Source: Coriobacteriia bacterium
GTDB taxonomy: Bacteria; Actinomycetota; Coriobacteriia; Anaerosomatales; JAAXUF01
DNA length: 64,000 nt
Assembly (NCBI GenBank): GCA_013336165.1
Contig: JAAXUF010000008.1
Span: 4,538 to 68,537, forward strand
Reading direction: 5' to 3'
Within the stretch, counting starts at the first letter, position 1; each line of letters begins with the position of its first letter. Below the pieces are notes generated by a model that saw only the letters and a program-made list of their open reading frames with translations, made no database searches and was not told the DNA's origin. The translations under genes and the position numbers were made by a program. Of this stretch, positions 28,352 through 35,468 are shown in pieces.

Positions 28352-29515
28352 ATGGCACTGCGCGGCAATCTTCAGGATTTCAGCCTTCCGGATATCTTTC
28401 AGCTGGTGTCATACAGCAGAAAGAACGGGGTGCTACACCTGCACGGTGCTGACGGCCTTACCGGTGACGTCATGTTCCGAGAAGGCCAGATCGCCCATGC
28501 TAGGAGCGACCGGTGGAAGGAGCCGCTGGGCGAGCGGCTTGTACGTTCGCGCAAGATATCGCGCCAAGACCTCAAGTGCGCTCTCGAAATCCGAGATCAT
28601 GGCGACTCGGATGACAGGCGTCTCGGGCGGATCCTTATCGACACCGGCTGTGCGAGCGAAGATGTAGTCACGGACTTCGTTCGCGAGCAGGTACAGGAGA
28701 CGGTTTTCGATCTCATGCAGTGGGAGGAAGGCGACTTCAGCTTCGAAGCGACTTCCGATGTCGTGGACGAAGATGTCGGCCCGGCACTCTCCATCGAGAA
28801 CATCATCATGGAGGGCAGCAGGCGGCTGGAGGAGTGGACCACCATCCGACGCAAGATCCCGTCGGCCGAGGTGGTGCTGGGGTTGGCTATCGCACCAGGG
28901 GACGGCGACGTCGACATCTCACTGAAGCCCGCTGAGTGGGCCCTGATGCCGTTCATCGACGGCCGACGCTCTGTCGCTACCATCGCATTTGAGTCCGGGC
29001 GCACGGAGTTCGAGGTCGCCAGAACGCTCTACGGGTTGCTGGGCGCCGGGCTGCTCGAGTTCGCCGAGACCGATGTCGACAGCGAGCAGGAGCCGCAAGC
29101 CGATCTCGCTGTCGTGACCGAGGAGCCGGTGCCCGCACAGGAAGAGGCGGAACTCGAACCGGAACCCGAACTAGAGCCGGAACCCCAACCCGAGCCGGTC
29201 TTCGTGATAGACGAACCCATCTACGAGACACTGCCGGTGGCCGAGCCGGAGATGCCGGCGGTCACCTCGCCTGAGGATGTGCCGCAAGGTCCACCACTCG
29301 CCCTCTTTGACGCCGAGCAGCCCGAGCCGACACCGGTATCCTTCGAGGGACTCGGCGAAGAGTTGTCTGCTCTGACTGGTGCAGAGCGCCGGGTGCGCCC
29401 GGAAGCACGGTCAGCGCCGGAACCGGACAGCCAACCCCGGGAGCCGTTGCGTTCCCGTTCTCAAATCAACAAGGACACTCTTCTCAAGGTCATAAATGGC
29501 CTGCGGAAGCTGTAG
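28352..29515 (+). CDS. PATAN/DUF4388-domain protein with an E/P-rich disordered tail
   Basis: - The N-terminus 'LRGNLQDFSLPDIFQLVSYSRKNGVLHL' is the DUF4388 (PATAN) hallmark.
- 'LGERLV...LGRILIDTG' resembles GspE-N repeats.
- 'LKPAEWALMPFIDGRRSVATIA...EVARTLYGLLGAGLLEF' looks like a winged helix.
- A roughly 130-aa E/P-rich region follows, including 'ELEPEPELEPEPQPEP'. Confidence 0.7.
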   Translation: MALRGNLQDFSLPDIFQLVSYSRKNGVLHLHGADGLTGDVMFREGQIAHARSDRWKEPLGERLVRSRKISRQDLKCALEIRDHGDSDDRRLGRILIDTGCASEDVVTDFVREQVQETVFDLMQWEEGDFSFEATSDVVDEDVGPALSIENIIMEGSRRLEEWTTIRRKIPSAEVVLGLAIAPGDGDVDISLKPAEWALMPFIDGRRSVATIAFESGRTEFEVARTLYGLLGAGLLEFAETDVDSEQEPQADLAVVTEEPVPAQEEAELEPEPELEPEPQPEPVFVIDEPIYETLPVAEPEMPAVTSPEDVPQGPPLALFDAEQPEPTPVSFEGLGEELSALTGAERRVRPEARSAPEPDSQPREPLRSRSQINKDTLLKVINGLRKL

Positions 29516-29530
29516 AGAGAGCAAGGGTAC

Positions 29531-30055
29531 ATGCATTCGCTCAAGGTCGTCATCGTTGGTCCGGCGGGCTCCGGCAAGACGACGTTCATCGGCGCAGTGA
29601 GCGAGATCACCGTGCTTTCGACCCGCCGCGAGATCGGTGCGGGTGGCAAGGATGCGGCGGACCGCATTGCGGTAGACATGGACTTCGGCCGGGTCACCCT
29701 TGCCGACGACATCGTTCTCTACCTCTTTGGCACACCGGGGCATGAGCGCGTTTCCTTCATGTGGGAGACTCTTTCCGAGGGGTTGCTCGGCTTCGTGGTG
29801 CTGCTCGACAGTGAGAATTCGGCGTCTCTCGAAGAGGCCCGCGAGACAATTGCGTTTCTGAGGGGTGACTCCGAGTTGCCATTTCTGGTCGCGGCGAACA
29901 AGCTTGCACCGGATGACGCAGCGGCCGTCAAGCATTTGCGCACGTCGCTGCACCTGCCCGATGACATTCCGCTTGTTTCGGTAGATGCAAGAAGCAGAGA
30001 ATCGGCAAAGCTAGTCCTTGAAGGTTTGGCGCAAGAAGCAGTGAGGAGAGGTTAG
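29531..30055 (+). CDS. Small Ras-like GTPase, CvnD/COG2229 'ATP/GTP-binding protein' family (MglA-related)
   Basis: 174 aa. P-loop 'VGPAGSGKTTFIGAVSEI', 'MDFGRVTL', G3-like 'LYLFGTPGHERVSFMW', 'GFVVLLD', and G4-like 'AANKLA'. This closely parallels Streptomyces conservon CvnD proteins as I remember them. Confidence 0.8.
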   Translation: MHSLKVVIVGPAGSGKTTFIGAVSEITVLSTRREIGAGGKDAADRIAVDMDFGRVTLADDIVLYLFGTPGHERVSFMWETLSEGLLGFVVLLDSENSASLEEARETIAFLRGDSELPFLVAANKLAPDDAAAVKHLRTSLHLPDDIPLVSVDARSRESAKLVLEGLAQEAVRRG

Positions 30056-30505
30056 ATGACCCCGGAGTTGAATCGGATCGCCCTTGTCGGCGGAGCGGGT
30101 CTCCTGCTGGTCGTCGCCATGATGGTGCTGATCGTCTCGGCTGTCCGTGGTTCCCGGGCACGGAAGCGGCAGAAGGCTGCGGCGGCGCAGTATGTCGCAC
30201 CGCCCGAGAGCGGGCAGTCTCCGGCTCCGGCCGAGCCCCCGGTATCGCCTCCGGTCTGGGTTCAAGCCGAGGAGCCCCTGGCCCCGGAGCCTGTCGGCAC
30301 GGCCGTTCTCCAGGAGATCGAGCCCGCCGACTTCTCCCCGGAAGAAGTGCCAGTCAAGTACGCGATGACCGCGCCGGCGGAGATGTGGTTCGACGATCTT
30401 CACGTCGGCGTCAAGGCAGAAAGCGTCACCGCCGAGCGTCTGCGCTACTATGCTGACATCCTATTGGATGAGGTACATAACTCCTCGTCGAAGCGCGAGC
30501 AGTAA
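30056..30505 (+). CDS. Single-pass membrane protein with a proline-rich linker, function unknown
   Basis: Its ATG directly abuts the GTPase TAG stop. The TM helix is 'IALVGGAGLLLVVAMMVLIVSAV', followed by a basic stretch and then a P/E/A-rich region. Confidence 0.55.
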   Translation: MTPELNRIALVGGAGLLLVVAMMVLIVSAVRGSRARKRQKAAAAQYVAPPESGQSPAPAEPPVSPPVWVQAEEPLAPEPVGTAVLQEIEPADFSPEEVPVKYAMTAPAEMWFDDLHVGVKAESVTAERLRYYADILLDEVHNSSSKREQ

Positions 30506-30526
30506 GCGGTCCAAAGAGAGGTTCTC

Positions 30527-32200
30527 TTGGCAGACGCGGCACAAAGGCTCGGTGAACTACTCGTTCGGGCGGGCGTCATCACGGCCAGTCAGCGAGACGA
30601 CGCCGTCCAGGTCCATGTCGCAACGGCTTCCCCGCTTGGCAAAGTGCTGGTTGAACTGGGCTATGCCAGCCACGGCGCGATCCTCGCGGTGGTGGCAAAG
30701 CAGATCGGCATCGAGTACATGGATCTGAGCGAGCGTCGCCCCGAACCGGGCGCCGTTGCGCTCATACCGCGCGAAGTTGCGACGCGCTACATGCTGATGC
30801 CGCTCGAGATTCGGGGCAACACTCTTCTGGTTGCCATGGCCGATCCACAAAACGTGCTCACCATCGATCACGTCAGGATCATCACCGGGCACGAGATCAG
30901 ACCCGCGATCTCGACGAAGAATGACATCCTTGAGGCGATCCGGCAGTACTACGATGTTGCCGATCGTGACGACAGTGACCTGCGCCTAGAAACAGACGAA
31001 CCGGACGACGAGGAACTCGGCCAGTTGGCGGACGTCGAGTCCGAGGCGCCTGCGGTCAAGCTCGTGAACTACATCATCCAGAAGGCCGTCAACGACCGGG
31101 CCTCAGACATCCACATCGAACCGCAACAAGATGAACTGCGCGTGCGGTTCCGGGTGGACGGCGTGCTCGTTGAAGCGACACCGCCGATCCCGAAGTCTAC
31201 TCAGGCATCCATCATCTCGCGGTTCAAGATCATGGCCGACATGGACATCTCGGAGTCGCGTCGGCCTCAAGACGGCCATTGCTCAGTATCCGTGGGCGGG
31301 CAAAAGCTCGATGTGCGAGTCTCGTCGTTGCCGACGGTTTTTGGCGAGCGCATGGTCTTGCGTCTCCTGCGCAAGGACTCGATCCTGCTGCAGCTCTCGG
31401 ATCTGGGCTTCCTGCCCTCGGCGAAGGACCGCTTTGAAGCCGCTTTCACCAAGCCGTACGGCGCGGTCTTGGTCACGGGTCCCACCGGTTCAGGCAAGTC
31501 GACCACGCTCTACGCTGCGGTCAATGTGCTCAACGACCCGTCCCGCCACATCATGACCGCCGAGGATCCGGTGGAGTACCGGCTCGCCGGCGTGAATCAA
31601 TGCCAGGTGAACCCCAAATTGGGAATGACCTTCGCGCGAGCGCTGCGATCGTTTCTGCGCTGCTCTCCCGATGTGATCTTGGTGGGGGAGATCCGCGACC
31701 AAGAAACGGCCAAGATCGCGATTGAGTCCGCGCTCACGGGACACTTAGTGCTCTCGACACTGCACACAAATGACTCCGCATCCGCGATCACTAGGTTGAT
31801 CGAGATGGGCGTCGAGCCGTTTCTGGTCTCGTCGGCTGTCGATTGCGTGCTCGCGCAGCGTCTTGCGCGGCGGCTATGCCCAGAATGCCGACAGGCGTGG
31901 ACGCCGGAATCCGGGGCGCTCATTAAACTGGGCTACGATGCCGATAGTCTTCCCGACGTCGTATACCGGGCCGTGGGTTGCAGAAAGTGCGGCGGCACCG
32001 GCTACAAGGGACGCTTGGGAGTTCATGAGGTTCTCTTGGTTTCCGACGAGATCAGGAGGCTGTGTGTTTCTGAAGCGTCAGTAGAGGAAATCAGACGCAC
32101 CGCCATTGAGCAGGGCATGAGGACATTGCGGCAGGACGGTCTTGAGAAGGTTCGACAGGGTCTGACGTCGGTTGAGGAAATCGTTCGTGTGATAGTGTAA
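30527..32200 (+). CDS. pilB: Type IV pilus assembly ATPase, PilB/GspE family (copy 2)
   Basis: TTG start, 557 aa (the same length as copy 1). Shows 'LGELLVRAGVITASQ', Walker A 'GPTGSGKSTT', 'ILVGEIRD', 'GHLVLSTLHTN', and the tetracysteine 'CPEC...CRKCGGTGYKGR'. Confidence 0.92.
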   Translation: MADAAQRLGELLVRAGVITASQRDDAVQVHVATASPLGKVLVELGYASHGAILAVVAKQIGIEYMDLSERRPEPGAVALIPREVATRYMLMPLEIRGNTLLVAMADPQNVLTIDHVRIITGHEIRPAISTKNDILEAIRQYYDVADRDDSDLRLETDEPDDEELGQLADVESEAPAVKLVNYIIQKAVNDRASDIHIEPQQDELRVRFRVDGVLVEATPPIPKSTQASIISRFKIMADMDISESRRPQDGHCSVSVGGQKLDVRVSSLPTVFGERMVLRLLRKDSILLQLSDLGFLPSAKDRFEAAFTKPYGAVLVTGPTGSGKSTTLYAAVNVLNDPSRHIMTAEDPVEYRLAGVNQCQVNPKLGMTFARALRSFLRCSPDVILVGEIRDQETAKIAIESALTGHLVLSTLHTNDSASAITRLIEMGVEPFLVSSAVDCVLAQRLARRLCPECRQAWTPESGALIKLGYDADSLPDVVYRAVGCRKCGGTGYKGRLGVHEVLLVSDEIRRLCVSEASVEEIRRTAIEQGMRTLRQDGLEKVRQGLTSVEEIVRVIV

Positions 32201-32238
32201 GGTGGTCTTCAGGCGTTATGGGGGTATGAGGAGCAAGA

Positions 32239-33447
32239 ATGACGACATTTGCATACGCGGTCAGGGACAAGTCCGGCAAGGTTGTGAAGGGCAAGCTTGA
32301 CGGTGAGAGCCAAGCGGCTGTCCAGAGCAAACTCTCCCAAATGGGCTACATCATTCTCGAGCTGAGACAGCAAAGTGCGCTCATGTCGTTCGGGGCAATC
32401 AAGATCGGCGGCAGCGTCAAGCCCAAGGAAGTCACGATCTTCGCACGTCAGTTCTCCACGATGATCCATGCGGGGCTCTCGCTCACGAAATGTCTGACGA
32501 TTCTGTCGCAGCAGACCGAGAGTGCAGCGCTTAAGGAAGTCATCGCTCAGATTGGGAAGGACGTCGAAGCCGGGCAGTCGCTATCTGAGGGGCTTGCTAA
32601 GCATCCCAAGGTCTTTCCCCCGATCTTCGTAAGCATGACCCGCGCCGGAGAAATCGGTGGTGTTCTGGACGAGGTCTTGGCTCGTGTGGCGGATCACCTT
32701 GAGGCCGAACAGGCTCTCAAAGGCAAGATCAGGTCCGCAATGATGTATCCGATCGCGATCGGATGCCTAGTAGTCCTCATCCTGGCGGCAATGCTGATCT
32801 TCGTGGTTCCCATATTTGTTGAGATGTTTGCGGGCATGGGAGGTACGCTTCCCCTGCCTACCCAAATCCTCGTAGACTTTTCCAATTTGGTCACGAGTTT
32901 CTGGGGCCTTGTGATTCTAGCTGCGATCATCGCTGTGATCTGGTTTTTTCGCTGGTGGTCCAAGGGGGCGGGGAAGCTGGCGTGGGACCGGATCAAGCTG
33001 GGCATGCCTGTCTTTGGGCCCCTGGTTCGAAAGATTGCTCTGGCTAGGTTCAGCCGGACCTTTGCGACACTGGTTTCCGCCGGTGTTCCGATCCTTCAAG
33101 CACTGGACATAGTCGCTGAGACATCGGGTAACGAGGTGATCTCTCTTGCTGTGAAGAAGTCGCGTGCTGCCATCAAGGAGGGCGAGACTATTGCCAAGCC
33201 GCTGTCGGAATCTAAGGTCTTCCCCCCGATGCTTGTTCAGATGATCAGCGTAGGCGAGGAAACCGGTGCGTTGGACACCATGCTCAACAAAGTTGCTGAG
33301 TTCTACGATGAGGAGGTCGCCTCAGCAACGGATGGGCTGACATCGCTGATTGAGCCGCTCATGATGGTTACGCTCGGTCTGATAGTGGGAGGTATGGTGA
33401 TAGCTCTGTACCTTCCGATGTTCAATGTGATAGCGTTAGTCAAGTAG
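32239..33447 (+). CDS. pilC: Type IV pilus platform protein PilC (GspF family)
   Basis: 402 aa with two GspF repeats ('FARQFSTMIHAGLSL' and 'FSRTFATLVSAGVPI'). The C-terminal 'EPLMMVTLGLIVGGMVIALYLPMF' is typical of the family. Confidence 0.92.
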   Translation: MTTFAYAVRDKSGKVVKGKLDGESQAAVQSKLSQMGYIILELRQQSALMSFGAIKIGGSVKPKEVTIFARQFSTMIHAGLSLTKCLTILSQQTESAALKEVIAQIGKDVEAGQSLSEGLAKHPKVFPPIFVSMTRAGEIGGVLDEVLARVADHLEAEQALKGKIRSAMMYPIAIGCLVVLILAAMLIFVVPIFVEMFAGMGGTLPLPTQILVDFSNLVTSFWGLVILAAIIAVIWFFRWWSKGAGKLAWDRIKLGMPVFGPLVRKIALARFSRTFATLVSAGVPILQALDIVAETSGNEVISLAVKKSRAAIKEGETIAKPLSESKVFPPMLVQMISVGEETGALDTMLNKVAEFYDEEVASATDGLTSLIEPLMMVTLGLIVGGMVIALYLPMFNVIALVK

Positions 33448-33571
33448 GGGGGTGGTTTCATCGAAGACTCTTGGCGTGTCTCAAGTTTCGCGTCCATGCG
33501 TCGATATAGGAACTACAAACACAGTGGGCGAACCCACGCAGGTCCCCAAAAGGGGAAGGAGACTCGAGGAA

Positions 33572-33952
33572 ATGCAAGCATTTCGCAAGAACGATGAAGG
33601 CTTCACGCTCGTAGAACTCATGGTCGTCGTTTTGATCATCGGTATCTTGGTCGCCATCGCGATCCCGGTATTCAACAACGCCAGCAACAACGCGCGTATC
33701 AAGTCTTGTCAGGCCAACATGCGAACCATTGAAGGCGCCTACCAGACGTACATGGCCAACAACGGCACGGCCATCACTGCCGCAACTACGGTTGTCTCGG
33801 GCGGGATCTTGGTTCCGGGCTTCATTGCCGCTGTGCCTGCGTGTCCCTCCGATCCGAACTTCGGAACCACCACCGCCAAGACCCCCTACAGCTTGGCTAC
33901 AACTGGCTTGACGGCCTGTCCGATCGTGCCTCTCACTCACATCCACTACTAG
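33572..33952 (+). CDS. pilA: Type IV (T4a-like) major pilin, copy 1
   Basis: ORF 33452..33952 trimmed to ATG 33572. The leader is 'MQAFRKNDEG', then 'FTLVELMVVVLIIGILVAIAIP' (class III signal, Glu at +5). The C-terminal Cys pair is 'ACPSD...TACP'. Confidence 0.9.
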   Translation: MQAFRKNDEGFTLVELMVVVLIIGILVAIAIPVFNNASNNARIKSCQANMRTIEGAYQTYMANNGTAITAATTVVSGGILVPGFIAAVPACPSDPNFGTTTAKTPYSLATTGLTACPIVPLTHIHY

Positions 33953-33959
33953 CATGCGA

Positions 33960-34015
33960 GACTCGCTGCCAAGGGTTCGCGGTTGGGTTTGTGCCGCGGC
34001 CCGTGGCAGCGAGTC
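33960..34015 (+). terminator. Strong inter-pilin stem-loop (candidate partial terminator or mRNA-stabilising hairpin)
   Basis: There is a perfect 12-bp inverted repeat: 'gactcgctgcca' (33960-33971) and 'tggcagcgagtc' (34004-34015). The 32-nt interior contains a nested 'cgcgg/ccgcg' pair. No U-tract follows. Confidence 0.4.
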
Positions 34016-34060
34016 CCTAAGGCGCGGCGATGTTTCCGAAGAAGGGGAAGCTGTACAGTT

Positions 34061-34441
34061 ATGATCAACTGGAGAAGACGGAACGAAGGTTTCACGCTCG
34101 TAGAACTCATGGTCGTCGTTTTGATCATCGGTATCTTGGTCGCCATCGCGATCCCGGTGTTCACGAACGCCAGCAACAACGCGCGTATCAAGTCTTGTCA
34201 GGCCAACATGCGAACCATTGAAGGCGCCTACCAGACGTACATGGCCAACAACGGCACGGCCATCACTGCCGCAACTACGGTTGTTCAGGGTGGGATCTTG
34301 GTTCCGACCTTCATTAAGGCGCCGCCCGTGTGTCCCTCAGATCCGAACTTCGGAACCACCACCGCCAAGACCCCCTACAGCTTGGCTACAACTGGCTTGA
34401 CGGCCTGTCCGATCGTGCCTCTCACTCACATCCACTACTAG
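34061..34441 (+). CDS. pilA: Type IV (T4a-like) major pilin, copy 2
   Basis: ORF 33983..34441 trimmed to ATG 34061. The leader is 'MINWRRRNEG', then 'FTLVELM...'. The mature part differs from copy 1 at 6 of 116 residues by my alignment. Confidence 0.9.
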   Translation: MINWRRRNEGFTLVELMVVVLIIGILVAIAIPVFTNASNNARIKSCQANMRTIEGAYQTYMANNGTAITAATTVVQGGILVPTFIKAPPVCPSDPNFGTTTAKTPYSLATTGLTACPIVPLTHIHY

Positions 34442-34545
34442 AGGTCGTGGCTATAGTTGGCGGATTAAGACTCGGGCTCTCTTGATTCTTGAGCGCGCCG
34501 ATCGTATACGGGTGTAGCGATTGGTGATGAAGTGGCCCTCGCCAG

Positions 34546-35376
34546 ATGGGATTGGGTGGATCAGTGGCTGCGTATGTCCTTCTGGCGGCTCTAGGTTTTG
34601 TCTTTGGCTCATTCGCAAACGTCGTCATTTGGCGTCTTCCGCGCGGTGAATCGCTGAACCACCCTGGCTCGCATTGTCCAAAATGCAGTTCGTCAATTGC
34701 ATGGTATGACAACGTTCCGGTGCTCTCCTACATCTTCTTGGGCGGGCAGTGCAGGGTGTGTGGTGCTCGTATATCACTGCGCTATCCGATCGTTGAGCTG
34801 CTCTCGGCGCTGTTGTGGCTCGCCGCCGGAATTCGGTTTGGTATCACGCCTCAAGCTGCGTTCGCTATGGTCTTCTTCTTTCTTCTGCTCATCCTTGCCT
34901 TCATCGATATCGACACCATGCGTCTGCCTAACGCTCTCACGGCACTGCTGTTCGTGATCGGCGCCATCGGCGTGGGTGTCGCTCAATTTGCTCAAATGGC
35001 GCTGGTTCCGCTCCTGCCGGTTGCCGCTCTACCATGGGGGCCGGGTGTCTCTGCCCTGATCGGGGCGAGTCTGTCAGCGGGTCTGGCGTTGGCAATTGCC
35101 GCGGCGTATGGCAGTTTGAGGAAGACCCAAGGCTTCGGCATGGGCGACGTGAAGCTATTGGGGGTCATCGGCGTCTTCCTTGGCTTGTATGGCCTCATGG
35201 TCTTCTTCTTGGGCAGTGTGATGGGGGCGGTGTACGGCGTGATCGTGGCGCGCCGTAGCGGTGGATCGTTGCAGCATAAGTTCGCCTTCGGGCCGTTTCT
35301 GGCTCTCGCTGCAGTGTTGGTGACGTTGTTCGGACCAACGCTGTGGTATTCCTACCTTGGCATCTTCGCGGGATGA
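34546..35376 (+). CDS. pilD: Prepilin peptidase / N-methyltransferase PilD (A24 family)
   Basis: 'CPKC...CRVCG' is the zinc/methyltransferase-region motif. It is a polytopic membrane protein. 'ILAFIDIDTMRLPN' and 'GFGMGDVKLLG' contain the two catalytic Asp motifs. Confidence 0.9.
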   Translation: MGLGGSVAAYVLLAALGFVFGSFANVVIWRLPRGESLNHPGSHCPKCSSSIAWYDNVPVLSYIFLGGQCRVCGARISLRYPIVELLSALLWLAAGIRFGITPQAAFAMVFFFLLLILAFIDIDTMRLPNALTALLFVIGAIGVGVAQFAQMALVPLLPVAALPWGPGVSALIGASLSAGLALAIAAAYGSLRKTQGFGMGDVKLLGVIGVFLGLYGLMVFFLGSVMGAVYGVIVARRSGGSLQHKFAFGPFLALAAVLVTLFGPTLWYSYLGIFAG

Positions 35377-35468
35377 TGGCTTAAGATTGCTTGTGGCAGT
35401 TACTCACTATGGTATCATCAGCCACGTGATCGTGTAGATCTTGTGCAGGGCAACGGGAGGGGGAAGCG

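Larger units (their letters stand above)
33596..34441 (+). repeat. Tandem direct duplication of the pilin gene (two 357-nt copies, 489-nt period)
   Basis: 33596-33952 and 34085-34441 align without gaps. The alignment includes mismatch-free runs of about 119 nt (central) and 102 nt (3' end). The differences cluster in one short patch. Confidence 0.95.

Noticed and set aside
29140-29205. Short reiterated 'gaaccg/gagccg/gaaccc' units that could suggest a repeat array or CRISPR-like structure
   Set aside because: The units are 6 nt long and lie in frame inside a coding region, where they encode an E-P/L-E-P low-complexity linker. There are no spacers and no repeat of CRISPR size. I treated this as coding low complexity.
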